Of a stretch of 64,000 nucleotides of DNA, positions 38,792-52,734 are shown in pieces. The number at the start of each line of letters is the position of its first letter. Position 1 is the stretch's first letter. The position numbers and the translations under genes were made by a program. The notes under the pieces are model-generated. The model saw nothing but the letters and a program-made list of their open reading frames with translations, had not been told where the DNA came from and made no database searches. The DNA comes from Octopus sinensis. Its lineage: Eukaryota. The stretch lies in the NCBI RefSeq assembly GCF_006345805.1, contig NC_042998.1:149172001-149236000 (forward strand). Direction: 5' to 3'.

Positions 38792-38881
38792 TTTCATTCT
38801 ACACGTGTTTCGAAAGGCACAAATTACCAAAATCCGATTGAATAATGGGACCATATTGTGTCTTTCTCATCAGGAAGAAAA
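38792..38881 (-). ncRNA. Type I hammerhead ribozyme, canonical core (left arm)
   Basis: Reverse complement of 39076-39165. Confidence 0.8.
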
Positions 38882-39075
38882 AAGGAAATCCGTTGGAAAC
38901 ACAAAAACAGAACAGAGGCGGAGCAAAAAACAATCGAACTGTGCTCCTAAGAGCCCATGGCGAAACTGTCTATCATACACTGATAAACAGTTTCGCCATG
39001 GGCTCTTAGGAGCACAGTTCGATTTGTTTTTTGCTCCGCCTCTGTTCTGTTTTTGTGTTTCCAACGGATTTCCTT

Positions 39076-39165
39076 TTTTCTTCCTGATGAGAAAGACACA
39101 ATATGGTCCCATTATTCAATCGGATTTTGGTAATTTGTGCCTTTCGAAACACGTGTAGAATGAAA
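39076..39165 (+). ncRNA. Type I hammerhead ribozyme, canonical core (right arm)
   Basis: ttttcttc-CTGATGA-gaaag...ctttc-GAAAC-acgt-GTA-gaatgaaa; stem III region acacgtgt is palindromic; predicted cleavage after 39157. Confidence 0.85.
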
Positions 39166-39240
39166 TAAAACGATTTCTGTTCAATCTGCGTTCAGCTCCA
39201 TTTCTTCAATTCACCAATAATGTTATATATATATATATAT

Positions 39241-39301
<61 letters not shown>

Positions 39302-39549
39302 TGTGTGTTGTGTGTGTGTGTGTGGTGTGTGTGTGTGTGTGTGGTGTGTGTGTGTGTGTGTGTGTGTAAGTGTTTATTAATTTATTTATTTATTTCGCAA
39401 GCATTAACCTGTAACTATTTTCAGCGACAGTGGTCTCACTAAACTCTGAATTCTTGCAATAGTTATGACCCGATCCTCATTCGATGACTAACACACACAC
39501 ATACACACACATACGCCCACACACTCACACACACACACACACAGACATA

Positions 39550-39715
39550 AGATGAGCTTCTTTAAGTTTCCGTTTACCAAATCCACGCACAAAGCTTTGG
39601 GCAGCTTAAGGCTACAGCAGAAGACACTTGCCCAAGGTGCCACGTAGTGAGATTGAACCCGGAAGCGTGTGGTTGTGAAGTAAGCTTCTTACCACACAGC
39701 CACGTCTGAGCCTAC
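39550..39715 (-). mobile_element. 5' half of family B SINE
   Basis: gaagacacttgcccaaggtgccacgtagtgagattgaacccggaagcgtgtggttg. Confidence 0.8.
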
Positions 39716-39728
39716 CACAAGCCATACC

Positions 39729-39773
<45 letters not shown>

Positions 39774-40289
39774 TATATATGTACTGATCCGCGATAGAAA
39801 ATTCAACAAAAAATGTATTCCGTATGTGGTCTGCGCCTGAACAATGTGTTTGAATTCTCTCAACATATGAAACTATTAGTAGCGCTTTAATACACGTATT
39901 GTGACCTCTAATAATAATAATAATAATAATATAATAATAATAATAATAATAATAATGATATATGTATGTATGTACACATATATATATATGTATATATATG
40001 TACATATATATATATGTGCATATATATACGTACATATATATATATATATATATATACATACACACACATATATATATATTTATGCATAAATATATGTACA
40101 TATATATGAATCTATACATACATATATATATATACACATAGTAAAATCACTACCTGCTTTTATTCCAAATTGATGCAAGTTGTTTGTCCCGTCCCCCTCT
40201 GACTTTTAGTTCATGCAATTGAAAAAAAACCGCATTATTTATTTATATATAAAGATACACACGTAGACATATACATATATTTATAAATA

Positions 40290-40445
40290 CGACGGACGCC
40301 TTTCAGTTTCTGTCTTCAAAATCCACTCACAAGGCGATATTTGGCCCGATGCAGTCGTAGGAGTCACTTGCCCAAGATGCCACGCTGTGGGACTGAACCC
40401 GGAAGCCTGGGGTTAGGAAGCAAGCATCTTACCACACAGCTATAC
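40290..40445 (-). mobile_element. 5' half of family B SINE
   Basis: cacttgcccaagatgccacgctgtgggactgaacccggaag. Confidence 0.8.
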
Positions 40446-40979
40446 CTAATATCACACGAAGCAGTGTTGAATAGGAAAAAATACTTTTGATATGTTACAC
40501 GTTCAAGTATATTCGTATGTAATAAAAACTTTTGCTGTGGAGACAGTTCCTAGAGAATATTTTTCCACTTAGATGTGTGTGAAAGTGCATTCTTGGTGAT
40601 TGTGAATGATGTCGTTCGTTTTCGTCTGCCACGAAAACAAACTCCATCATTTACAGGCTGAATATGGCCACAACTGAGTGAAAATTTTATTCACTGTTTC
40701 CCAAATCGGAAGCGAAAATTTCTCGTTAAAGATGGCTGCGATTACACGTCATTGAGGAAACCCCAAAAGGCTAAAATGTACCTGGCCTTCAACTTGCCGC
40801 AGGTGGGGCTAATTTTCATCTTTTTATAGGAATAGTGTTTTTAACATAACACGGCCTTAAGAGATATTACATTAGTATGAATAATGCAGTAGCTGGCCTA
40901 TCAAGCGTATGTGTATATTGAATATGTTATATAGATGACTATTTTAATTTAATATATATGTGTGTGTTTGCGCACGCGT

Positions 40980-41025
<46 letters not shown>

Positions 41026-41819
41026 GTGTGATCTTTATCCCCTACGGACACATATGTTCTTGTATGTGTGCCCATATGTCTATGTATGTATATGTTTACG
41101 TATGAGTGTACGTATGTATGTTACTATTTAGCTTTGTTTCCCGATTTCTTCTAAATGTAGAAAGGCCCAGTTTCTAATCTAGATCTAAGGCTCCTTGCAA
41201 TTTCAGAAACACTAACAAGATGATAGTTTGTTTAACATACGGTAGGGAATATAATTTTTTATGACTTAATAGAGTTGTCGCTGTTTAGTTACGTATTTAG
41301 ACAGGGTTGTAAGTTACTTATGGAATATATTTAACGATACGGTTGTATAATGGGTAAATGTGTTTGAAAGTTATGGTTCCTTAGGTTTGTTTGTTTGTTC
41401 CCAAACTTATTTTATTACTGTTGACCGCCCGATTGAATGGTACTACCCAGGTGTCGAAACCATAATGATATCGGTGGGGCAGCTGATGATGGACGTATGT
41501 TGCATTATTGGTATGGTTGTGGAATAGCATTATAACACATTCTTTTGGTACATACATATGTGTGTGCATACATACATGCATGCAGATATTATTTATTTGA
41601 CGCTCAGAGAAGTTAGTAAAGACGTTTCAAGTATTTTCCTTTATCAGAATATTGATGGAGAGTGGAAACATAAGAACAAAGACAAGCATGCGCGTATAAA
41701 TACATGAGCCTCACCCTTCACACGTAATGGAAGGAATCGATCTGACAAAAGCTTGTCACGCAGTGTTCCAAAATTTAGGATACACTGTAGCAATGAAAAG
41801 TTTTCGTGGAAAATCTCTG

Positions 41820-42240
41820 CATGTGTGGCTGTGTTGTACGAAACTTGCTTCCCAACCACATGGTTCTAGGTTCAGTCCCACTTTGTGGTACCTTGGTCGA
41901 GTATCTTCTATTATAGCCTCGGACCGACCTAAGTCTTGTGAGTGGATTAGATAGACGGAAACTGAAAGAAGCCTGTCCTATATATATATATATATATTTG
42001 TGTGTGTGTGTGCATGTATTCGTGTGTGTGTGTTTATGTCAGTGTTTGTCCCCCACAACTACTTGACAACCGGTGCTGGTGTGTTTACGCCTGCATATTT
42101 TACGGTTCGGTAAAAAGAGACCGATAGAATAAGTACCAGGCTTTAAAAAATAAGTCTTGGGATCAATTTCTTCGAGTAAAATCCTCCCAGGCGGTACTCT
42201 AGCATGGTCGCAGTTAAATGACTGAAACAATTAAAGGATA
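41820..42240 (+). mobile_element. Composite family B tRNA-SINE with internal microsatellite
   Basis: tggctgtgttg...ggttcagtcccact...accttggtcgagtatctt...(TA/TG)n...cttgacaaccgg...gcatggtcgcagttaaatgactgaaac. Confidence 0.85.
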
Positions 42241-43019
42241 AAAGATAAAAGATTGTGATTGCAATACTGATGGGTAGCGTAACAACATACATAAACATAT
42301 AGTTGTTTCTTTAGCTACAAGTATATGTCTATCATACTCAACTTCAGCAGCAGCAGCAGCAGCAGCAGCAGCAAAAGTAGTAGCGATGCTGTTGGTATTG
42401 GTGCTGGAGTGGTGGTCGTAGTGGATTGACAGAATTGTTGAAGCTTTACGCTCTTTGTCCAGAATTTTCACGTTCCGACTTCAAACAACGCTAAGGTCAA
42501 CTTTGCTTTTCATCCTTTGGTGGAGAGGGCAGGAGAGGTCAATGAAATAAAGTACTAGTCATGTACTGGGGTTGATGATATAGACTAATCTCTGCCGTAT
42601 AAAATTGCTACCTTTGATCTAAAATTTGAAACAGTTATTACAACAATATTAATAATACTTCTTTGTGCTTTAGGCACAAGGCCTGGAATTTGCGGGGAGA
42701 GGGTAAGTCGATCGCATCATAGCCATATGTTCAGAAGAATTCTTTAAGGTTTGAATAATTCACTTTTAGAAACATGGGTGTTTCGTTCAACATCCTTAAA
42801 CAAACCGTATTCAGGGACCTTTTGAGCGGTATGGTCTACTTGACTTGAAGAAAATTCTTAACTGGGTCACTCCTGCAAGGTCATGCACTGTTTATCTTGA
42901 TGCATGTGTCTGGTGTACTCTTATCAGACGGGTAGTCATTATGGGTATATTGGGCTTCGTATATTTGTATCCCAGTATCATTTTGACGGCATGCACTGCT
43001 CTCATTCAATAATAATAGT

Positions 43020-43405
43020 AATAGTTTCAAATTTTACCACAAGAGCAGCAGTTTGGAGGGGGGTACGAGTCGATTACATCAACCCAGTGTTCAACAGGTA
43101 CTTATTTTATCGATGAAAGGCGAAGTCGAGCTCGGAGAAATTTGAACCTAGAACGTAGCGACGGGCGAAATACCTATTTCTTTACTGCCCACAAGGGGCT
43201 ACACACAGAGGGGACAAACAAGGACACACGAACGGATTAAGTCCATTATATCGACCCCAGTGCGTAACTGGTACTTATATAATCGACCCCGAAAGGATGA
43301 AAGGCAAAGTCGACCTCTGCGGAATTTGAACTCAGAACGTAGCGGCAGACGAAATACTGCTAAGAATTCCGCCCGGCGTGCTAACGTTTCTGCCAGCTCG
43401 CCGCC
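43020..43405 (-). mobile_element. Two adjacent family-A SINEs
   Basis: Reverse-complement bodies ending ccagctcgccgcc at ~43404. Confidence 0.85.
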
Positions 43406-44044
43406 TTCATCATCATCACCATCATCATCATTGTCGTCATAATCATTATCTACATTGCCGCCTCCACTAGCAACCACTATCAGCACTACCACCACCATCA
43501 AAACCATCCAACTCTAGCTTCGCTTTATCATCATCCTCTCCGGCACCTTCTCCACCACCACCACCACCACCACCACCATCGTCATGATTATCATCATGAT
43601 CACCATCATGGTCATCATCATCATCATGATTATCATCATCAGCACATCGTTTTCCTTTTGAAATGCTAACCCAATTATCAATCAATATTTCCGAAGTTCT
43701 GACCTCGAACACAGATCGATAGATCTCTCTTTATTTTGCTTTTTCTTTCTTTTTTCTATTTATAGTTTTTCACATTTATTGTCTATTATTATTTTTTTCT
43801 TTCTTCTATTTTATTTTCGTTTTTTTCTTCATGTTATTGCTTATGTTCTTTTCGTCGTTGACATTGTTATTGTTGTTGCTACAAATGCAGTTGCTATTAT
43901 TGTTTTTAGGTGGAGTTGATGTTGTTTTTATTGTTGTTATTGTTGTTACGTTGGCTGTAATTTCATTTCTATCGTTTAGTGTTGTTGCCATTGTTTTTGA
44001 TATTGTCGTTGCTTACGTTTTTGGTATTATTTTTCATATTATTA

Positions 44045-44097
<53 letters not shown>

Positions 44098-44326
44098 TTC
44101 ATTATTATTATTATTATTATTATTATTGTTGTTGTTGTTTATTGTTATTATTGCTTTCGATATTGTTCTGTGGCTATTGTTGTTGTTGCTGCTGCTACAT
44201 AACTTATTTAAAGACACAAAACTTAGAGAAAAAAATGTGATTGATAACATCCAACTAGCGGTCTGGAATTTGCATGCATACATACATACATACATATATA
44301 CATACATACATACATACATACATACA

Positions 44327-44358
<32 letters not shown>

Positions 44359-44597
44359 CACATGCATACAAGCATACAGTATACATACGTGTAAATATAT
44401 ACATACACACATGCACACGTACGTACATACATACCTTCATACATAAGTGCATGTATACAAATGGATATATAGATATACATATATGTATATAAGATGTATG
44501 TATGCATGCATCTTTTTTCTTCTCTTTTCTTCTGTTATTTGTGTCAATTATTAGACTGCAGCCATGCTGGGGGTACACCTTGAGGAAATTTAGTCGA

Positions 44598-44695
<98 letters not shown>

Positions 44696-44722
44696 GTGCG
44701 TGTGTGTGTGCGTGCGCGCACG

Positions 44723-44754
<32 letters not shown>

Positions 44755-45020
44755 AAATGGTCATCAAAGACATTGACTGGATAAGTGGTGCGAACATCAA
44801 TGGCAACTATCCTTCGCGCCTCCGATTCGCAGATGGCACTGTATTCATCGTCGAAACTACTGATCAGTCGCAGATTATGCTAACAGAGCTCGAGATATAG
44901 CTCGGCTTTGGAAGGAACCTGCTTGAGAACAAAATACATGTCAACCGAAAATGTAGCACAAGGCTCAATAGATGTGGAAGGCGATGAAATCGAGGAACCA
45001 AAGAAGAAGGTCTACATGGG
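44755..45020 (+). mobile_element. RTE-like LINE reverse transcriptase fragment (decayed)
   Basis: GANINGNYPSRLRFADGTVFIVE matches the LRFADDIVL catalytic segment; downstream ..EGDEIEEPKKKVYMG; stops present. Confidence 0.65.
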
Positions 45021-45160
45021 GCGTGGAAGCGAGTGGCTTAGTGGTTAGTGTGTTGGACTTATGATCGTTAGATTGTGCTTTCGATTCTTGGACGGAGCGA
45101 TGCGTTGTGTTCTTGAGCAAAACACTTCATTTCACGTTGCTCAAGTCCACTCAGCTGGCA
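45020..45160 (+). mobile_element. tRNA-derived SINE head, third family
   Basis: gagtggcttagtggttagtgtg (A-box-like), ttcgattc (B-box-like), tgtgttcttgagcaaaacacttcatttcacgttgctc. Confidence 0.7.
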
Positions 45161-45474
45161 ATACGGCTTTACAATTATAATGTTCATATACAGTTCATTT
45201 GAGTTCGCTGGAAAATGTTTTTTATATATAATCCAGGAATATATAAAAAATATTTTGAAAATCCTCAAACAAACTGAGAAAGTTTTTTTGGAAAATGTAC
45301 AATTCTTCCACTTCTAGTCTTTTTCACTTGGGTAGGTGATTTCAAAATTGACTTTTGAGTGTTTCCATTAACATTAGATTTGCTGCTTTGAATATCACTT
45401 TGTTTCAAACTATGTCGATAGGTATTGCTCACATCTTCATTCTCATGACATGAATATTGGTTGAAATAAACTTT

Positions 45475-48400
45475 TTATACTCTTTTTTTTGTCTAAACTG
45501 ACAATCTCTTTTTTACCATGCCTATCCAAAGTCATGGTTTTATCTCTAATTGACAAAACTTTAAAAGGTCCAGTGTATTTATATTTCAGTGAATTATGAG
45601 CAGCATCGTTACGTACAAATACATGTGTCCAAGAATTTATATCAGAAGGAACAAAAGTTTTAACATGTTGCAATCTTCTTGTAAAAGAAGGAATATCAGT
45701 AAGAAATCTTTTGAGACGAGTTACAGAATCATTAACATCTCCATTAAAAGAATTGGTTTCTTCGAACATTTGACCAGGTAGAGTTAATGTTGTTCCGTAC
45801 AAGAGTTCAGCAGGAGAATATTTTTTTACTCTTTTACTTGTTTCAGTCATTTGACTGCGGCCATGCTGGAGCAACACCTTTATTCGAGCAACTCGACCCC
45901 AGGACTTATTCTTTTGTAAGCCCAGTACTTATTCTATTGGTCTCTTTTGCCGAACCGCTAAGTAACGGGGACATAAACACACCAGTACCGGTTGTCAAGC
46001 AATGCTAGGGGGACAAACACAGACACACAAACACACACACGCATATATATATATACATATATACGACGGGCTTCTTTCAGTTTCCGTCTACCAAATCCAC
46101 TCACAAGGCTTTGGTCGGCCTGAGGCTATAGTAGAAGACACTTGCCCAAGGTGCCACGCAGTGGGACTGAACCCGGAACCATGTGGTTGGTAAACAAGCT
46201 ACTTACCACACAGCCACTCCTACGCCTAGGAGTAAATATTGTAAATTTTCTTTAACAGCACTTCTAATTCCTAACAATACCACTGGTAAGGCTTCTAACC
46301 AACTGTTAGAATCAGAATAAGTTCTTAATGAAGATTTCAACTGCCTATGAAAACTTTCTATCATGCCATTAGATTGTGGGTGATATGAAATTGTACGAAT
46401 TCTATTAATCCCCAACAATTCTGCAAAAAGGCTAGACTCAAATTGTCTACCACGATCTGTTGTCACTGTGTTTGGTATGCCGAATCTCGTCATCCAATTG
46501 GTAAATAAGGTTTTTGCTATAGTTACTCAAGATACGTCCTTGATCGGATAAGCCTCCGGCCATCGCGAAAAACGATCTATACACGTCAACAAATATATAT
46601 TATCCTCACATGGAGTTAAGAGTCCAACTATATCAATGTGGATATGTTGGAATCTCGCATCTGGATTTGCAAATGTACCTAATGGTGCTTTGATATGACG
46701 ATGTACTTTTGATTTTTGACACTGCATACATGATTTGACACAGGAACGAATATCTTTATGCATACCAGGTCCAACAAAACGACTTGATATTAATTTCAAT
46801 GAAGCTTCTATACCAGGATTAGATAAATTATGTAAGGTAGAAAAAAACAAATTTTCAATGCTTTTCAGGCACAAATGGTCTCGAAAAACCTGTAGAAATA
46901 TCACATCAAATATGTGAATTACACGAATGAATTGGCAACAATTTAAATTTTAAAGAAGTTGAATTGGAATTTTTATATAAAGAAAATTCTTTATCTGCAA
47001 CTTGATCCTTAGACATTTCTTCCAAATTTATAGTGTTTAGTGAATTTAATGCATCTACATTCATTCTAGAAAGTGCATCTGCAGCTGAAATTTCAACATC
47101 CTTGATATAATGTATATCCACAGTAAATTGTGAAATAAAATCAAGGTGTCTTATTTCTCTAGGAGAATATTTCTCCGAAGAACTTTTTAATGCATATGTT
47201 AACGGTTTATGGTCAGTAAATAAAGTAAATGACCTACCTTCAATAAGATGTCTGAAGTGTTTAATTGACAAATAAGCTGCTAACAGTTCTCTGCCGAAAA
47301 CACTGTATTTCGTTTCTGGTGCCTTAAATTTTTTGAAAAGAAAGCTAATGGTTGCCAGGAATTACAATGAAATTGCTGTAGAACGCCACCGATTCCAACA
47401 TCAGAAGCATCAACTATCAATGATAATTCTGCTTCAGGAACCTGATGGTTTAAAAGTGTTGCTTCGCATAGTTTATCTTTTATTTTTTTAAAAGCTTGTA
47501 ATTCATTCTCTTTTAAAGTTATGGATTCATTTTTCTTCCTTCTATTTTTCAACAGCTCAGTTAAGGGATATAGGATTTCAGTGACTTTAGGAATAAATTT
47601 TCTGTAAAAATTTACTATCCCTAAAATTTCTCTGAGCTTCCTTAAAGTCTTCGGTACAGAAAATTTTTTAATAGCTTTCACTTTTTCCGGTAATAGTTGA
47701 ATTCCATCTTTATCAATAAGATGGCCCAGAAAAGATATAGTGGGTTCACCAAAAACACACTTCGATGGATTTATCACAATGCCGTATTTCGTCAACCTCT
47801 TGAAAAATTGTTTTAAATGGTCTTCATGTGCTTCTTCTGATGGACTAGCAATGAGAATATCATCTATATAAGCAAATACGAAAGGTAAATTTCTTGTTAC
47901 TTTGAAAAAGTATTTGCTGCGTTCCTCAATCCGAAAGGCATGCGAAGGAATTCAAATAACCCGAATGGAGTGGTAATCGCTGTCTTCGGTATATCTTTCT
48001 CTGCAACAGGAATTTGATTGTATGCTCTAACTAAATCAATTTTTGAAAAAAATAGTACAACCACTCAAAGAAGTTGCAAAATCCATAATGTGTGGAATTG
48101 GGTATTTATCTGCTTTTGTTTTTGAATTAAGTTGCCTAAAATCACCACAAGGACGCCAATCAATGAGATTCTTCTTTACCATAACTAACGGTGTTGACCA
48201 ACTACTACTGGAAGGACGAATTATACCGAGATCCAACATATGACGAAATTCGGCCTTAGCAACCTTCAATTTTTCAGGAGATAATCTTCTCGGCTTAGAA
48301 AAACTTGGTGGTCCTTGTGTGACGATGTGATGTTTTACCGAATGCACACACTTGGTATTTAGAGTTAACTATTTCGTGATATTCGGATAATCCTTCAAAA

Positions 48401-48990
48401 TCCAGTGATAACGATTTTCTGAGGACGCTATGAAATACAATGGACTAACTGTGGCTTTTCTGCATCTCATTCCTTGAATTTTTAATGAAGTTTCTGTGTC
48501 TATCAGTTTTTGTTTTTTTTACATCTACCATTAAATGAGTGTGCCAGAAAATCTGCCCCTAATATTTGGTATGGCAAATCTGCTACTATGAAGATCCACT
48601 TATACTCTCTTCTTAAATTTACATTTAGAGTTAAACTAATCTCTCCAAATGTTTGGATTTCAGATTGATTAACTGTTTGAAGAGTCAAATAAACAGGTTT
48701 TGGTTTTTGTTTTAAAAGCTTTACAGGCCAAATTGAACAAGCTGCTCCTGTATCAACTAAAATCCTTTCTTTCTAGTTCAGATCGTAGACAAAAAACACG
48801 CGACGTTTAATGATGTTATCCACTGATTTCGTCGCATCTAATCTGTGGTTGAGAAGTTTCCCGAATTTTTTTTTTTTTCTGTTTTGGAAATCGAATAACA
48901 AATTTTGCATGATACCAACATATGGCGTTTCTCTTGGAGCTTGGACTTCTTGATCTCTTTCGCCATCTTGTATTATTTCTTTACTTAACT
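45475..48990 (-). mobile_element. Decayed Ty3/Gypsy LTR-retrotransposon gag-pol (gag knuckle, PR, RT, RNase H, IN); no LTRs recognised
   Basis: RSRSPSSKRNAICWYHAKF; ILVDTGAACSIWP (protease); [11 protein letters not shown] and FAYIDDILIAS (RT); VDASDVGIGGVLQQ (RNase H); HIDIVG, IDRFSRWPEA, TTDRGRQFES, HPQSNGMIESFHRQLK (integrase); order PR-RT-RH-IN; many frameshifts. Confidence 0.95.
45812..46228 (-). mobile_element. Full-length composite family B SINE inserted in the Gypsy integrase
   Basis: Head aggcgtaggagtggctgtgtggtaag; approximate target duplication aatatt(ta/-)ctcct; removing the SINE restores LQY-SPAELLYG. Confidence 0.9.
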
Positions 48991-49028
48991 CTTAAGGCCC
49001 ATATACAAAATTTTATGTCCTATCACAA

Positions 49029-49225
49029 ATATGTATTAATAATATCCTTAAGGCGGCGAGCTGGCCGAATCTTTAGCACGCCAGGCAAAGTGCTTAGCAA
49101 CATTTCGTCCGTCTTTACGTTTTTAGTTCAAATTCTGTCGAGGTTGACTTTGCCTTTCATCATTCTGGGGTCTATAAAATAAGTACCAGTTGGAAACTGG
49201 AAGTCAATGTAATCGACTTATTCCT
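49029..49225 (+). mobile_element. tRNA-derived SINE, family A
   Basis: aaggcggcgagctggccgaatc...tagttcaaattctg...aaataagtaccag. Confidence 0.85.
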
Positions 49226-49803
49226 TCCTCGGATAAAGATTTCAAAAATGAACTGGATTTAGTTAGTACATATTGATTCTTTTAACTTGAAGATAAAGAC
49301 ATTACGAGATTAATACAATGGAATAATAGCGTTTGAAGAAGCAGGTTTGCCATCCGAGTCTTGTAAAATTCTGGAAAATACTTACCACCGTGTGACATAT
49401 TGATACCAGAATTAACGGCAACGTTCCAGTTGAGTTATTTTATACACAAATGAAAAAAGAAAAAAATTGCCTGAAAAGAAAGTTTGTAAAATTGTCGGGC
49501 GTTTGTAATGGCAGCCTTTCAAATTCTTCGAAGACTTCCGGTATGATAGCCAGTTAAAAATATTATTTTTGCATATGGATGTTTTTCACAAAATCCAGTG
49601 ATTTGAAGTGTGATTTGAACGTACGATTGAACAAATCAGCAGCCAGTAGTGATGACAGTGACTACGACAACGACGACACACACACATTTACCCAATGTAT
49701 ATATAAACATACAGAACATATACACTTATAAAAAGTGTATATACATTCTTCTATAAATATATACATCATATATAAATATATAAGATATGTATGCATATAT
49801 AAA

Positions 49804-50031
49804 CAGGGCTGGCCAAAAGTCACCCAAAAATAAATCAAAATTCCATAAATACTATCTGTAATTCTGTATTAACTCGAATAGAAAAATGAGTCGCTCAAGG
49901 ATTTCCGTTTCCACAATTATCGTGACGTTTCATATTAAGATGCTTTAATTAAATTCATTCAGCTGTTAAGCATAAAAATCTTGGAATTAAATGGCTTGGA
50001 TTTACTGTCAGGTGACTTTTGGACAACACTA
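49804..50031. mobile_element. Tc1/mariner-type MITE with ~21-bp imperfect TIRs
   Basis: cagggctggccaaaagtcacc at the left end; ggtgacttttggacaacacta at the right end, followed by TA. Confidence 0.65.
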
Positions 50032-50055
50032 TATATACAGCTATACATACATACA

Positions 50056-50117
<62 letters not shown>

Positions 50118-50254
50118 CATACATACATATTCATATACACACACATATATATATACATATATATATACACACATATATATACTCTTATATATATACACAG
50201 ATACACAGATACACACACAGAGACACACACACACACACATATATATACACACAC

Positions 50255-50326
<72 letters not shown>

Positions 50327-51285
50327 ATATAATATAGCTCGTTCACCCATAGAATTACCAAATAGCCGATAGCATTCGAAGTCTAGGCTAAGGCATTCAG
50401 CCTGTGTGAAAAATTAAAATGTGTAAAAATTAGTTGGATGTGTTAGCATCAAAATCAAAGATTTACTTACAGGGACAGCGATTATATATCCCCTGAGGAG
50501 ATACAGCTGGATCCCATTATACAAGTAAACCATTGCTCAATTTAAATCCTGTGTATATGTGGATCTATGTTGTATCGAAACGTGCAGTGTTTATGAAATA
50601 GCTGTCTGAACGTACTCCTTCATGTTGACTCTCTTTATACAAATTTGCATATATGCATTTATAAATACATACATACATGCAAATATATACATACATCTAT
50701 ATAATATATATATATATACATATATACATACATACATATATATATATACATACATATATATATATACATATACATACATGCATATATACATAGATACATA
50801 TATATATATATCTACATATATATACATATATACACACATATATATCTCTAATGATAAAAGGCAGATTTTCTCTGCCTCCCACATAGTTTGTTTTTAATAC
50901 AATTGTACAATATAGAATTTCTTCAATTGGAATTTACCTATGATTTTTCGAAGTACATTCCATTCTATATTTTATAAATTAAAATTGGTTTTTAATTTAC
51001 TTTCTGTCGCTAAGTTTTGGTAGTATTAATTTGCGAGCGTACTTCAGTTCTCAATTGTTGAAGGAAAGAAATTGTAAGCTAAGAAGGTGTGTGTGTGTGT
51101 GTGTGTGTTTGCGTGCGTGTGTGTGTGTGAGTGTGTGTGTGGGGGGGGTGTAGGAGGTGAAGGATAAAAATATGGCAAGAAGTGGACAGATGTACATATA
51201 TACATACATCCATACATACATACATGCGTGTGTGTGTGTGCGTGCGTGTGTGTGTGTATGTATGTGTATTAATGTGTGTGTGTTA

Positions 51286-51657
51286 TCTCTATATAAAGCT
51301 GAAGTTGTCTGTGTGCGCCAGGTTTGGTAACCTTCAACTAACATTATCTCCTCCGAGACCCTGCGGCGCAAGTTGACCAAAATTGAGAGTATGATAGAAG
51401 AAGGGTTGCTCTTCCTTCCGTAGAAGATAAAATTCAAATCGGACCATGTTAACACCAAAAAGTATTTATATCAAAAAGGTGCTTTTTTCTATGAAAATCC
51501 CTATTTTTTACGATTTTTTCACTGCTGTGTCGCCACTTTTCGGTGTATTTCAACCAGAAAATGGTCACTTGAAGAGAATAACAAAATTTTTACTTTTCAA
51601 AAATTCCAATTCCAGCGGGTCGAAACAAACCCGAGCAACGCCGGGCGATACTGTTAG
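51286..51657 (+). mobile_element. Non-autonomous Helitron
   Basis: A|TC start (tctctatataaag), subterminal hairpin cccg-agcaacgc-cggg (51630-51645), TTAG|T end (variant of CTAG). Confidence 0.7.
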
Positions 51658-51758
51658 TATACATATATATATATACATACATATATATATAATACATACA
51701 TATATATTCATACATACATACATACAACATATATATATATTATATATATAATATAATA

Positions 51759-51792
<34 letters not shown>

Positions 51793-51849
51793 CAAACATA
51801 TATATATATATGCATATATATACACATACATATATATATACATATGTCC

Positions 51850-52678
51850 CAAAGAGCTGTGAGTGGATTATCACCAATATCAAAGTATAAAAAAACATTC
51901 TAAATGCTCTGAAATCATCAGAGCACCTGAATTTAGCCAGTAAGTTCAACAGACCCTTGATTAGAATCCCAGAAATGTCCACGAGGTCAATTGCAACAGA
52001 TCTCCATGTGTCAGAAGGAACAGTCAGAAATGTTGTCCACGAAGACATCAGATATTAAAATATAAGTCATATGATGTGGAAAGGTCAATTTGTCAGAAAA
52101 ACGAAAGAAAATAAATCACTACATCAGATCTAAAAGGGTCTTAAACAAACTGAAAAATCAAGCAGAAGATTTGATTTAGTTTTTTCTCAAACGAGAAGAA
52201 CTTCGACCAAGATCAAAAAGTTAACAGAAGAAATGCTAAATGGTTATGGGCAGACCCTTCTGAGGTTCCAAGTGTTATGCATCCAAAATTTGTTGCAACT
52301 ATAATGGTTTTAGGGATTGTCAGTAATAAAGGACATGTGGTGCATCCTTACTTCTTTCTACAAGGCCTTAGACTTAACTCTGCTGCCTACATTGAGGTTC
52401 TGGAAATAATTGTTAAGCCCTATATAAGCAGTGTATGCAATGGAAGATCACATGTGTCTCAGTAAGACTCTGCACTATCAAACATGCTGGAAATTTTCAT
52501 GATCACATAACATTTGATGTCCTAATTACACAGGTCTCAATCCATTAGACTATTACATGTGGAGCATTGTTGAAAGAGAGGTCAATGAACACGCCCATAA
52601 CACCAAAGATTCTTCGAAAGCTGGCATAATCAGAGTAATGTCCAAAATGGACCAGGACCACTTGATTCGAGCATGTAT
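51850..52678 (+). pseudogene. Decayed Tc1/mariner transposase, DD37D/maT-like
   Basis: FSNEKNFDQDQKVNRRN, VATIMVLGIVSNKG, Q*DSA, GLNPLDYYMWSIVE; frameshifts and stops. Confidence 0.85.
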
Positions 52679-52734
52679 ATATATATATATATATGCTCGA
52701 ATCAATATGTGTTGTATATAGGTTGAACCCACAG

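Larger units (their letters stand above)
38733..39224. mobile_element. Near-perfect palindrome with ~243-bp arms and a 5-nt loop (tacac, 38976-38980), set between (AT)n tracts
   Basis: The arms are readable as near-exact reverse complements. Confidence 0.9.

Noticed and set aside
45300-49100. LTRs or a primer-binding site for the Gypsy element
   Set aside because: No matching direct repeats or TG..CA termini were recognised on the two flanks.
49380-49480. Strong minus-strand donor GTAAGT with an upstream acceptor
   Set aside because: All three frames between the sites contain stops.
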